64,000 nucleotides of DNA from a bacterium (GCA_031362805.1 JANLTG010000142.1:31328-95327), one strand, 5' to 3'; counted from the first letter of the stretch, positions 27,738 to 37,329 are shown. The notes: a model not told the origin generated them from the letters alone. A program made the numbers and translations.

Positions 27738-29615
27738 ATGCGAATCTTCCGCGCCATCACTTTCTGCCTGCTCGGTGTCGTTGCGTTCAGGCCCAGCCAG
27801 CTCGCAGCCGCCAGCACTCAGAAGCCGCCGCTCCACGCACGCCATTGGATGGCGATCACCGGCAAGCCGCTCGGTGCGACCGCAGGCGCCAAAATGTTCG
27901 AGCGAGGCGGCAACGCCGTCGACTCCGCGTGCGCGATGCTCGCCGTTGTCTGCACCATGCACGACGCCCTGGGCTGGGGCGGCGAGACGCAGGCGCTGAT
28001 CTACAATCCGGAAACGAAAAAGGTGATCGGCGTGAACGGCCTCGGCATCGCCCCGACGGGCGCGACGGCGGAGTTCTTCAAGGCGAAGGGGATGAAGCAT
28101 CCACCCGAGGAAGGACCGCTGGCCGCGGTGACGCCCGGCAATCCCGGCGCGTTAATCGTGATGCTGGCCGAGTTCGGCCGGCTCTCGCTCAAAGACGTGC
28201 TCGCACCGGCGATGCAGTTGGCGGATGGCTATCCGATCGAGGCGCAGCTCGCCCGACAGATTCAATCGGATCGCAAGAAGCTGGAGCAATGGCCTTATTC
28301 AAAGGCGTTGTTTTTTCCACATTCGGATCGGAAGGACGCCGCTCCGCAAGCCGGCGAAATCTTCCGGCAGGCTGACTTGTTGGCGACGTTACAGAAACTC
28401 GTCGACGCCGAGCAGGCCGCGTTGCAGGCGGGCAAGGATCGCAAGGGGGCGATCATGGCGGCCTACGATCGTTTCTACCGGGGCGACTTGGGCGCGGAGT
28501 ACGCCCGGGCCTGCCAGGAGCAGGGCGGCTTGATCACCGTCGGCGATCTCGCCAAGTGGTCGGTGAAACTCGAGGAACCGGTCAGCACGACTTACAAGGG
28601 CATCGAAGTGTTCAAGCTGACCTGCTGGACCCAGGGGCCGGCGCTGCTGCAGACGTTGAACATTCTCGAAGACCTCGAACTGGCTCCGATGGGCTACAAC
28701 AGCGCGCGCTACATTCACACGCTTTACCAGGCGATGAATCTGGCCTACGCGGATCGCGATTTCTGGTACGGCGATCCGGACTTCGCGCCGGAGGAACCGC
28801 TGCGCGGATTGCTCGACAAGGATTACGCGAAGGAGCGCCGCCAGTTGATCGATGAGCTGAAGAACGATCCGGACGTGCAACCCGGCGATCCTTATCGCCA
28901 TCAGCGCGGGCGGAATCCATTTCGCGACCTGCTTGAGAAATGGTCCAAGGGTGGGACGAACGTGGCGGCAGCCAGCGCTGACTCGGGCGCGCGGGCTTTT
29001 GCGGCGGGCGATTCTGATTTGCAACCGTTCTTCCGTGGCACCACTTCCATTCAAGCGGCGGACAAGGACGGCTGGCTGATCTCGGTGACCCCGAGCGGCG
29101 GCTGGTTGCCGGTGTGTATTGCGGGCAAGACCGGCATGGGGATGAGCCAGCGCATGCAGAGCTTCGTGCTCGATCCGGCGGAAGGACCGTTCAACGTCGT
29201 CGAACCTGGCAAGCGGCCGCGCGTCACGCTCACGCCGACGCTGGCCTTCAAGGATCGGAAGCCGTGGTTGGCGTTCAGTGTGCAAGGCGGCGACACGCAG
29301 GATCAGAACCTCCTGCAGTTCTTCCTCAACGTCGTCGAGTTCGACATGTCAGTGCAGGAAGCAGTCGAAGCGGCGAACTTTACGAGCTACCAGATGCGGA
29401 GTTCGTTCGGTGATCACAAGATTGAACCCGGCCGCCTGACGCTCACCGACGAGGTGCCTTCCTGGGTGCGCCAGGATCTCATCAAGCGGGGCTACCGGCT
29501 GGACTTCGTGGAGCGCAACTCGGGTCCGATCACCGCGATCATGGTGGATCAACAGCACGGCACGCTGTGGGGCGGCGCGAGCAACCACGGCGAGGATTAC
29601 GGCATCGGCTGGTGA
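27738..29615 (+). CDS. ggt: gamma-glutamyltransferase family protein, secreted
   Basis: Start chosen at MRIFRAITFCLLGVVAFRPSQLAAA (signal peptide). GGNAVDSACA near the N-terminus, the autoprocessing/nucleophile region FFRGTTSIQAADKDG, and C-terminal GGASNHGEDYGIGW. Confidence 0.85.
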   Translation: MRIFRAITFCLLGVVAFRPSQLAAASTQKPPLHARHWMAITGKPLGATAGAKMFERGGNAVDSACAMLAVVCTMHDALGWGGETQALIYNPETKKVIGVNGLGIAPTGATAEFFKAKGMKHPPEEGPLAAVTPGNPGALIVMLAEFGRLSLKDVLAPAMQLADGYPIEAQLARQIQSDRKKLEQWPYSKALFFPHSDRKDAAPQAGEIFRQADLLATLQKLVDAEQAALQAGKDRKGAIMAAYDRFYRGDLGAEYARACQEQGGLITVGDLAKWSVKLEEPVSTTYKGIEVFKLTCWTQGPALLQTLNILEDLELAPMGYNSARYIHTLYQAMNLAYADRDFWYGDPDFAPEEPLRGLLDKDYAKERRQLIDELKNDPDVQPGDPYRHQRGRNPFRDLLEKWSKGGTNVAAASADSGARAFAAGDSDLQPFFRGTTSIQAADKDGWLISVTPSGGWLPVCIAGKTGMGMSQRMQSFVLDPAEGPFNVVEPGKRPRVTLTPTLAFKDRKPWLAFSVQGGDTQDQNLLQFFLNVVEFDMSVQEAVEAANFTSYQMRSSFGDHKIEPGRLTLTDEVPSWVRQDLIKRGYRLDFVERNSGPITAIMVDQQHGTLWGGASNHGEDYGIGW

Positions 29616-29710
29616 GGCAGGCCAGTCTTCGCGTTTTCATGTCCACCTGTTTTCTTCATTCACACCGCCTCGACCGTTGAATCCAACTGCCGTTGCGCTA
29701 GGCTCCGCCT

Positions 29711-30622
29711 GTGGATTCCCGGAAACGCAAACGTCTGCTGCTTGTCCTTGCCGTCGTGACCGGCCTGCTTGTCGTTTCGTTCTTGTTCCTCGCTCCCAAT
29801 TCAGAACCCACCTACAACGGCCGCCCGCTCAGTGAATGGATTGGTGACTACTATGGGCCGTTCATAAGTCCACGACTCAGGGCGCAAGCCGCTGAAGCGA
29901 TTCGCGCCATCGGCGCGAATGGGTTGCCCCTCCTCCTCCACTGGATCAACTATGAGCCAAGCCCATGGCGCTACCGAATCGGCAGTCTTGCTGAGCGGCT
30001 TCCCGATTCCATCACCGGCGGCTCGCCCTTGCTTCAACTGACAGCCCAGTCCGCCGGCGTAAAGCGGGCGAGACATGCCGCAACCGCGTTCCAGGCACTT
30101 GGCCCCATGGCTGCACCGGCAATCCCTGAACTCGCGCGGTTGCTCGCTATTACGAATTCCCCTAGCTCGAACCAACGGGCTCTCTTCGCGCTTTCCTGCC
30201 TCGGACCTGCAGCGGTTCCCGCCATCGCTAACTTTCTGTCGAGTCCCCGTTATGCTGGCGATCCGTGGGCCATGCACTGCATTCAGAACATGGGAACCAA
30301 TGCCCGCGTGATAACGCCGATAATCGTAGGTAACCTGACCCACACCAATGACCTGATCGCCGCGACGACCGCCTACTCGTTCATCATGGTTGGTCCCACC
30401 AATCACTTTGACGCCGATCTGTTGGTGCCGGCGTTGATTCAATGCCTGCAGGATCCCCGGCCCTTCGTGCGCCAGCGGGCTTCCTTCCCGCTTCAAACAT
30501 TCGGCGCCGCCGCCGCGCCCGCTTTGCCTGCATTGACCAATGCCCTCAGTGACCCCGATCCGCAGGTGCGCACCAATGCCGCCGCAGCCATCAAATATAT
30601 CAACAAGCGCCTCCAGAATTAA
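29711..30622 (+). CDS. HEAT-repeat protein with an N-terminal membrane anchor
   Basis: GTG start, TM LLLVLAVVTGLLVVSFLFL, YNGRPLSEWI, and repeated AxPALxxxLxDPDPxVRxxAAxAI-type HEAT units. Confidence 0.7.
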   Translation: MDSRKRKRLLLVLAVVTGLLVVSFLFLAPNSEPTYNGRPLSEWIGDYYGPFISPRLRAQAAEAIRAIGANGLPLLLHWINYEPSPWRYRIGSLAERLPDSITGGSPLLQLTAQSAGVKRARHAATAFQALGPMAAPAIPELARLLAITNSPSSNQRALFALSCLGPAAVPAIANFLSSPRYAGDPWAMHCIQNMGTNARVITPIIVGNLTHTNDLIAATTAYSFIMVGPTNHFDADLLVPALIQCLQDPRPFVRQRASFPLQTFGAAAAPALPALTNALSDPDPQVRTNAAAAIKYINKRLQN

Positions 30623-30632
30623 CGCGTATAGA

Positions 30633-30747
30633 AATTCGCGCTCCTTCGCGTAATTCGCGTAAAACTTCCCCTCATCCGTGGTTCATCCGTGGCCAAAATG
30701 TTGGGAGGCCGAACTCCGGCTCCGTGTCCTTCGTGTCTCCGTGGTAA
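30633..30747. repeat. cluster of short tandem/dispersed repeats between convergent genes
   Basis: AATTCGCG occurs at 30633 and 30652, with TTCGCG at 30645. TCATCCGTGG occurs twice, at 30672 and 30683. TCCGTG/TTCGTG/TCCGTGG occur at 30721, 30730 and 30738. The last block recurs in reverse orientation at 37869-37897 and 38193-38216. Confidence 0.7.
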
Positions 30748-30935
30748 ATGAAAAGCAGCCCGCTCGTCGCAAGCCAGGGCAGGCCACTCAGTGTTTCGAC
30801 CCGGCTGAAGTCGCGTAGATCAAGGTGTGGCCTGACCAGAAGCCGTGACTCGCCGGTGTCATCGCGGGAACCCCACGACTCCTAGCGCATCAGTCCGCGA
30901 CACGTCGAGAGGCATCGAAGCCTGTGCTTCGCAGG

Positions 30936-32270
30936 CTACTTTGATTTGAGCCCCACCGTGTTGACCGCGACCACGTGATACCGATGCCGCTTTCCGGTTT
31001 CCGCCGTGGTGTCGGTGTAGTGCATCGGAACCAAGGGCTGGGTCGGCGTGTCGCTGTACTGGAGTTTCTGGAAGATCGGACGTCCGAACGGGTTCTTGCC
31101 TGGGTCGGGAACCGTGGCGAGGAAGCGGCCATCGCGCTCGATGATAAAATGGGCTAGCCCGCTCTCGACATCCGCGGCCGCTTCCCACGTCAATTCGTCA
31201 CCTTGAACCCGAAGGTTCTTCGGCGCTGGCGGCGGCGTCACATCGGCCACGGCGGTGTCCGTGACGTATTGCAACCACGCCTTGGCGATGGCTTTGGAGG
31301 GCAGCCACACGGATTCTTCCTTCGCTCCGGCGAACTCCCTGGCAGGAACCGGAGCAACGAAATCCTTTCCGTTCGTATTAAGCGGAGCCAGCCACGCCGC
31401 CGAAGCCGGTATGGATTTCAGTGGGGATCCCCGCCTTGCCGGCAAACGGGCGGCGAGGCAGGCATCAAGCCACGGTATCGCGAAGTAGCGTTGGTTGCCG
31501 CACTCATGGCTTGTCAACGGATCAATCGCGACGCCAACGAGCCCGCCTTTGGCCCGCATTGTTTTGAAGAAGAATTCGTTCGCGGGCCAGACACCGGAGA
31601 AACCGTTGGTCTTGTCGGTGACTCCTTCCTTGGTGCCGAGATTGCACATGATTGGCACCCGCAACGCGGCGTCGGGCAGGGCGTGAGCTCTGACTGAGGA
31701 ACGTTCCGAATTCGCCTTCAGCAGCGGCACGCCGGAACGCAACCACGCCGCGGCCACGCGTTCCGGATGCAACATAACCATGCCGCCGGCCCAATGTCCG
31801 CCGCCGCTGTGCCCCCACAACGCCCACGGCACCGTGGCCAGTTCCGGATGCTCGCTCATAGTGCCCAAGTCGCCCAGCGCCCTTTGGAACGCCGCATCGG
31901 ATCCGTTGCGGGGATCGCACCAGAGCTGGCAGTCGGCCTTCTCCGGCTGTTCATAGGCAGGCGACAGCAAGGCGCAGTCGTGCTTCCTGGCCAGCGCCTG
32001 CCAGTGCAGATCGAATGCACCCGTCAGCCCGGATTTGCACGATCCCTCGCCGCAGCCATGCTGGTGAACAATGACGCCCCGCAGAGTTTTCACACCCGGC
32101 GGAATCCAGATCGTATAGTTCACAGGGAAGACTAGTTCCCCGGCCTTGGGCGACGCCTCATAGCGCACTCGAAAGTAGGGCGGCTCCGCCGGAGGAAAGA
32201 CATCATAGGGCGGTTGTTGGCCAAACAGCGGACTGGCGAGGGCAAGAACCAGAATTGCTATGCGGCACAT
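30936..32270 (-). CDS. secreted alpha/beta-hydrolase (esterase-like) with a C-terminal fibronectin-III-like domain
   Basis: Start chosen at [19 protein letters not shown] (signal peptide). Nucleophile elbow WGHSGGGHW. The C-terminal segment [36 protein letters not shown] resembles FN3. Confidence 0.65.
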   Translation of the reverse strand: MCRIAILVLALASPLFGQQPPYDVFPPAEPPYFRVRYEASPKAGELVFPVNYTIWIPPGVKTLRGVIVHQHGCGEGSCKSGLTGAFDLHWQALARKHDCALLSPAYEQPEKADCQLWCDPRNGSDAAFQRALGDLGTMSEHPELATVPWALWGHSGGGHWAGGMVMLHPERVAAAWLRSGVPLLKANSERSSVRAHALPDAALRVPIMCNLGTKEGVTDKTNGFSGVWPANEFFFKTMRAKGGLVGVAIDPLTSHECGNQRYFAIPWLDACLAARLPARRGSPLKSIPASAAWLAPLNTNGKDFVAPVPAREFAGAKEESVWLPSKAIAKAWLQYVTDTAVADVTPPPAPKNLRVQGDELTWEAAADVESGLAHFIIERDGRFLATVPDPGKNPFGRPIFQKLQYSDTPTQPLVPMHYTDTTAETGKRHRYHVVAVNTVGLKSK

Positions 32271-32435
32271 GATGCCGCCAAGTTTGTTGACGACGCCGGG
32301 AAGTTGCAAGCCAGCGCGCCACCAGCCGGGGCCCGCTCGCCGCAGCTAACACAGCGGCATCGCACTCGCGGAGGTAACGAACCTCCTGTGTGACTTGGAC
32401 TACGACGGCTTTCCGGCCTGGCCGCCCGACGCCAG

Positions 32436-32822
32436 TCAGACGCGGTGCAGCTGCGGTGCAGCCTCACGCACTTTTTTCACCCAGCGATGAAAGATCTCCC
32501 GCCCCAGTTCATGACACTCCTCGCGAGCCACCGACTCGGTCACCGTCTCGTCCTCCGGTAACCAGGCGGCGCGAAAATGCCGCTCCTTCGTCAGCAGATC
32601 GGCCGGTCGGAGGAAGGCCTGCAGCTTGACCGCCATCCGGTTCGCCGCCTCGTCGAAGGTGGCCACGGCCGAAGCGCGCACCTCGCACCGCCCTTCCGGG
32701 GTATCCACCGTCCCCAGCACTTCGCTTGTGTCGACCACACTCTTCATCTCAAGCAAGCAGCTACCCCCGGCTTGGCTCACTGGCTCGCCGGCGGTTGGGA
32801 AGGACTGGACGAATGTTGCCAT
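32436..32822 (-). CDS. hypothetical protein (start uncertain)
   Basis: Coding-like GC3 from about MATFVQ/MKSVVD onward. The ORF-track start at 32936 lies inside the 3' arm of a strong terminator hairpin, so I reject the first 38 codons. Confidence 0.4.
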   Translation of the reverse strand: MATFVQSFPTAGEPVSQAGGSCLLEMKSVVDTSEVLGTVDTPEGRCEVRASAVATFDEAANRMAVKLQAFLRPADLLTKERHFRAAWLPEDETVTESVAREECHELGREIFHRWVKKVREAAPQLHRV

Positions 32823-32917
32823 TGTAACCGCATCCCCTCGGCAGACTGCTGCAGCGCGCTCCTTCACCAGGCTGGTTGGATCCCCACGTGGCTCACCAAC
32901 AAATTGCCGGTAGCTAC

Positions 32918-32960
32918 AAAAAAATCCGGCGGTCATGCCTATGAGCTCATGACCGCCGGA
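32918..32960 (-). terminator. rho-independent terminator (minus strand)
   Basis: The minus strand reads TCCGGCGGTCATG-AGCTCATAGG-CATGACCGCCGGA-TTTTTTT: a perfect 13-bp GC-rich stem, a 10-nt loop and a U7 tract. Confidence 0.75.
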
Positions 32961-33026
32961 CGACTTCGTACTCCAGAATCGGTTACCAGCCGATTCCCTT
33001 CAACCCAAACAACCAAACTTCCGACA
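32918..33026 (-). ncRNA. candidate small RNA ending at the 32918-32960 terminator (5' end not defined)
   Basis: No ORF longer than about 25 codons precedes the terminator in the 480-nt gap. A second hairpin (GGAATCGG-CTGGTAA-CCGATTCT, 32975-32997) lies just upstream, giving a two-hairpin plus U-tail architecture. A weak promoter-like TTGAAC-15 nt-TAGTCT lies at 33059-33033. Confidence 0.3.
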
Positions 33027-33441
33027 CCGATCAGACTATTCGCCCGGCATACCGTTCAAATTATTTTCAGCGGAGCGCCGGGCTCCGACCCGGCAGCCAT
33101 GGCGACGCCTCCGCGGCCTTCAGGTCTGATGAATGGTTTCCTTGATAGCTCCCGCCAGATTGGTGAGCAGCTCTGATTATTGACAGCCCTCGATCTTACA
33201 ACTCGCTGCCTTCAGCTGAATGGTGCGCTGGAATTGTTACTCGGCTGAGGAGGCCCCTTTCGCCGCTTTAAACCGGGTCCAGGGCCGACGGGGCCGTTTG
33301 CGATTCGCTTGCCTCGCCTTCCTGTGTTCCCGCTTTCCACATTCAACTTTGGCATTTGGATGGTGGGTGTCCCTTCGGCGCACCTCGCTTTTCGTAGTTC
33401 TTGAGCGGAGCTGCCGCTTGCCACACGGTGCTCCCGCAACG

Positions 33442-34536
33442 ATGCCGACCGCAGTTCATAATCCAATCCACCTGCTTGACCTCGACTTCGACGAACTTAA
33501 CCGGCGTCTTGTGGCTGACGGCTTGCGTGCGGCGCACACGCGGTCCCTTTGGCAGGCGTTGCACCGGAGCGCCGCGCTGGATCCCCGCGAAACGACCGGC
33601 TTGCCGCCGGCGATGCAACGCTGGTTGGCGGCGCATTATGAGGTCGATGCGTTCGTCGACTTCCCCGCAGTGGTTTCAGACATCCGCAGCCGCGACGGGC
33701 GCGCCCGTAAACTCCTGTTGCGGCTCGCCGATGGCCGCGAAGTGGAAACGGTGATTATGGGCTACCCGGGGCGCTTCACGGCTTGCCTGAGCTCGCAGGT
33801 TGGTTGTGCGATGGGTTGCGTTTTCTGTGCGACTGGGCAGATGGGATTCGTGCGTCATTTGCGCCCGGGCGAAATCGTTGCCCAGGCGCTCGTAGCGCAA
33901 AGACTGCTGCGTTCCGAGGGTTCAGCCGGCCTGCGCAATCTGGTTTTGATGGGCATGGGGGAGCCCCTTCACAATTACGATGGGGTGATCCGGGCTCTGA
34001 AAATCCTCAGTGATCGTCGCGGCATGGGCATCGCTGAATCGCGCCTGACCGTCTGCACGGTGGGGATTGTCCCGGAAATTCTTCGGTTCGCACGCGAGCA
34101 TCAGCCGTACAATCTGGCGGTGAGTTTGCACGCGGCGACCGATGCCGAGCGGACCGCGCTGGTGCCGCTGAACGCGCGCTGGCCAATCGCGGAGTTGCTG
34201 GATGCCTGCCGAACTTATTCGGACACAACCGGGCGAAAAGTTTTCTTCGCATGGACGCTGATCGCCGGCCAGAACGACACCGCGGGGCACGCCCGCCAGG
34301 TAGCCGGGTTACTGCAGGGTATGCGGGCGCACCTGAATCTGATTCCCCTCAATCCCACGTCGGGATATTCCGGCCAGGGTAGTGACGAGCGTTCCGCCGG
34401 GGAATTTTCCGCCCTCGTGCAGCAGGCCGGAATTCCCTGCACGATTCGCCAGGGTCGGGGCATCGACCTGGCCGCCGGTTGCGGGCAGCTGCGCTCAGTA
34501 CCGGCCGAACTGCGGAGCGCGAGCACCGGTCGGTGA
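33442..34536 (+). CDS. rlmN: 23S rRNA/tRNA (adenine-C2)-methyltransferase RlmN (radical SAM)
   Basis: Start chosen at MPTAVHNPIHLLDLDFDEL. Radical-SAM CAMGCVFCATGQ, downstream GMGEPLHNY, and the C-terminal catalytic Cys region (AAGCGQL). Confidence 0.9.
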   Translation: MPTAVHNPIHLLDLDFDELNRRLVADGLRAAHTRSLWQALHRSAALDPRETTGLPPAMQRWLAAHYEVDAFVDFPAVVSDIRSRDGRARKLLLRLADGREVETVIMGYPGRFTACLSSQVGCAMGCVFCATGQMGFVRHLRPGEIVAQALVAQRLLRSEGSAGLRNLVLMGMGEPLHNYDGVIRALKILSDRRGMGIAESRLTVCTVGIVPEILRFAREHQPYNLAVSLHAATDAERTALVPLNARWPIAELLDACRTYSDTTGRKVFFAWTLIAGQNDTAGHARQVAGLLQGMRAHLNLIPLNPTSGYSGQGSDERSAGEFSALVQQAGIPCTIRQGRGIDLAAGCGQLRSVPAELRSASTGR

Positions 34537-34782
34537 TGAGGCCCTCATTGCGTGAAACCTCCGACGCTTGAGCGGATGGTTAGCGGTTGGAAGGCGCGTT
34601 TCCAAAGCCCGCCGTCGCGATCATGCCGCGGCGCGGCGAAGTCGTGGACTGCGAACCGCGTTCGAAGAGCGACTGACTGGAGTGCGGTGCCAATAGCATC
34701 GATGCGTTATCGCCAGGCACCGCAGCTTATTGATCCGTAGTCGGAGCGGGGGCCCTGTTCGAGCTGGCGGGGTCTAGCTTGC

Positions 34783-37329
34783 TCACCTCAAGCTCTTCTC
34801 TTTTTCCAGAATCGCCACGGTGGTCTTCATCACGGTGTCCGGATTGAGCGAGATGCTGTCGATGCCTTGCTCGACGAGGAACTGGGCGAACTCGGGGTAA
34901 TCGCTCGGGGCCTGGCCGCAGATGCCGATCTTGCGCTTCTTCGCACGGCAGACGGCGATGACCTGGGCGATCATTTTCTTAACGGCGGGGTTTCGCTCGT
35001 CGAAAATGGGCGCGACGATTTCCGAGTCGCGGTCCACGCCAAGGATGAGTTGCGTTAGATCGTTCGAGCCAATGCTGAAGCCGTCGAAGATCTCACAGAA
35101 CTTTTCGGCCAGGATGACATTGCTGGGAATCTCGCACATGACGTAAAGCTCCAGCCCTTTCACGCCGCGCTTGAGGCCGTGCTTTTCCATCTCGGCCTGC
35201 ACGCGACGGCCTTCCTCCACGGTGCGGCAGAACGGAATCATCAGCTTGAGATTCGTGAGGCCCATCTCCTCGCGGACTTTCTTCATGGCACGACATTCGA
35301 GAGCAAAGCCCGCCTGATAGCGCGGATTGTAGTACCGGCTCGCGCCGCGGAAACCAATCATCGGGTTCTCCTCGATCGGTTCATAAGGTTTGCCGCCGAT
35401 CAGGTTCGCATATTCGTTCGTCTTGAAATCGCTCAGGCGGAGGATGACGTCCTTGGGATAAAACGCGGCGGCGATCATCGCCACGCCTTGCGCAAGTTTA
35501 TCGACGAAGAACTGCGGCTTGTCGGTGTAGGCAGCAGTGAGCGCGTCGATTTGAGCGCGCGTGGCGGCGTCAAGAGAGGGGAGCGCCGAGCATTGCTCGG
35601 CTTTGGCGCGAACATTATCTGCTGCCGAGCAACGCTCGGCGCTCCGGTCGTAATCGATCAACGCCAGCGGATGAATCTTGATGTAGGTCGAGATGATGAA
35701 TTCCTCGCGGGCGAGTCCTACGCCGTCATTCGGAATGAAGCTGAGCGAGAATGCCTCCTCCGGATTGCCGACGTTCATCATCACCTTGGTGCGCGGCCGG
35801 GTGAGGCTTTTCAGATTCGTGTGTTGCACGTCGAACTGAAGCCGGCCGTCATAGACGAATCCCGTGTCGCCCTCGGCACAACTCACCGTCACCATCTGAC
35901 CATTCTTCAACAACTCCGTGCCGTGCTCGGTGCCGACAATCGCCGGCACACCCAGTTCGCGACTGACAATGGCCGCGTGGCAGGTGCGCCCGCCACGATT
36001 GGTTACGATGGCGGCGGCCTTCTTCATGATGGGTTCCCAATCCGGATCCGTCTTGTCGGTCACGAGCACTTCGCCTTCCTTGAACTGCCCGATGTGTTCC
36101 GCGCTCTGGATGACGTGCACCGGGCCGCTGGCAATCTTTTCGCCAACACTTCGCCCCGTCACGAGCACGGCGCCGCGCTGCTTCAACTTGTAGGTCTCCA
36201 CGGCCTCGACGGCTTTGCGTGACTGCACCGTCTCGGGCCGCGCCTGGACGATGAACATCTCGCCCGTGTGACCATCCTTGGCCCACTCAATGTCCATCGG
36301 CACCGACTGGCCGCGCCGCGCGGAGTAATGGTCTTCGATCAGGCAGGCCCAGCGCGCGAGTTCGAGAATTTCGTCGTCGCAGATGGCAAACTTTACGCGG
36401 TCGCCCGGCGACACGGGCACGTTCTTCACCATCTTCCCGCCGCCGATTTCGTAGTTGAGTTTGAATTCCTTGGTGCCGACAATTTTCTGGAGGATGGGCC
36501 GGTGACCGGTCTTCAGCGTGGGCTTGAAGACGTAGTATTCGTCCGGGTTCACGCTGCCTTGCACCACGTTTTCGCCCAAGCCGTAGGCGGCGTTGATGAG
36601 CACGGCGTCGCGAAAACCCGTTTCGGTGTCGAGGGTGAACATGACGCCGCTGGCGGCGAGATCGGAACGAACCATGCGTTGCACGCCAATGCTGAGCGCG
36701 ACTTTAAAGTGATCAAAATTCTTGTCGGTGCGATACGAAATCGCGCGGTCCGTGAACAGGGAGGCGAAGCTGCGCTTGCAGCAGTCCAGCAGCGCCAGAT
36801 GCCCGCAGACGTTGAGGTAGGTCTCCTGCTGCCCGGCGAAACTCGCATCCGGCAGATCTTCAGCCGTCGCGCTGCTGCGCACGGCCACATCGACAGGATG
36901 AAGAGCATGGCCCCTGAACGTGTCGTAGGCGGCGATGATTTCCTGTTCGAGATCGCGTGGCAGTTCTGCGGCCAGAATGGCCTGGCGGATTTGCGCGCCG
37001 CGCTGACGGAGATTTTCCATGTCCCGCGTGTCGAGATCCTGAAGGATGTCTCGAATCGTTGCGTCCAGCCCAGCTTCGCGCAGGAAGTAACGATACGCCT
37101 CGGCGGTGACCGCGAAACCATTGGGCACCTTCACGCCCTGCGACGTCAGTTCGCGATACATCTCGCCCAGCGACGCGTTCTTGCCACCGACCAGCGGCAC
37201 GTCGTCGATCGTGATGTCAGCAAACCACTTGATGAAGAACTGCGGGCGGCTTGCGGGCGCTTTAGGTTGCGTGGCGCGCGTGGTCTGGCGTGGCGCTCTG
37301 GCTTTCGAAAGGTTGGTGGAATTGAACAT
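34783..37329 (-). CDS. ppsA: phosphoenolpyruvate synthase
   Basis: Start chosen at MFNSTNLSK. VPLVGGKNASLGEM, the phospho-His region TNRGGRTCHAAIVSRELGVPAIVG, and the C-terminal PEP-utiliser TIM domain (GFSIGSNDLTQL). Confidence 0.9.
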   Translation of the reverse strand: MFNSTNLSKARAPRQTTRATQPKAPASRPQFFIKWFADITIDDVPLVGGKNASLGEMYRELTSQGVKVPNGFAVTAEAYRYFLREAGLDATIRDILQDLDTRDMENLRQRGAQIRQAILAAELPRDLEQEIIAAYDTFRGHALHPVDVAVRSSATAEDLPDASFAGQQETYLNVCGHLALLDCCKRSFASLFTDRAISYRTDKNFDHFKVALSIGVQRMVRSDLAASGVMFTLDTETGFRDAVLINAAYGLGENVVQGSVNPDEYYVFKPTLKTGHRPILQKIVGTKEFKLNYEIGGGKMVKNVPVSPGDRVKFAICDDEILELARWACLIEDHYSARRGQSVPMDIEWAKDGHTGEMFIVQARPETVQSRKAVEAVETYKLKQRGAVLVTGRSVGEKIASGPVHVIQSAEHIGQFKEGEVLVTDKTDPDWEPIMKKAAAIVTNRGGRTCHAAIVSRELGVPAIVGTEHGTELLKNGQMVTVSCAEGDTGFVYDGRLQFDVQHTNLKSLTRPRTKVMMNVGNPEEAFSLSFIPNDGVGLAREEFIISTYIKIHPLALIDYDRSAERCSAADNVRAKAEQCSALPSLDAATRAQIDALTAAYTDKPQFFVDKLAQGVAMIAAAFYPKDVILRLSDFKTNEYANLIGGKPYEPIEENPMIGFRGASRYYNPRYQAGFALECRAMKKVREEMGLTNLKLMIPFCRTVEEGRRVQAEMEKHGLKRGVKGLELYVMCEIPSNVILAEKFCEIFDGFSIGSNDLTQLILGVDRDSEIVAPIFDERNPAVKKMIAQVIAVCRAKKRKIGICGQAPSDYPEFAQFLVEQGIDSISLNPDTVMKTTVAILEKEKSLR
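35580..35645. repeat. 66-nt compound palindrome lying in-frame inside ppsA
   Basis: GGAGCGCCGAGCATTGCTCGGC (35580-35601) is the reverse complement of GCCGAGCAACGCTCGGCGCTCC (35624-35645) with 1 mismatch, across a 22-nt spacer. Each arm is itself a hairpin (GCCGAGC-N3-GCTCGGC). It encodes RSAERCSAADNVRAKAEQCSAL. Confidence 0.8.

Noticed and set aside
30633-30747. CRISPR array.
   Set aside because: The repeat units are only 6-10 nt, are directly adjacent or irregularly spaced, and have no spacer-sized unique intervals. No cas genes are present.
32823-32936. First 38 codons of the 166-aa ORF (MTAGFFCSYRQ...).
   Set aside because: The ATG and the following TTTTTTT run belong to the terminator hairpin and U-tract at 32918-32960, so translation starting there is unlikely.
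33212-33466. 84-aa minus-strand ORF in the gap upstream of rlmN.
   Set aside because: It overlaps the rlmN start, has a low-complexity Gly/Pro/Arg-rich sequence, and shows no motif or RBS context.
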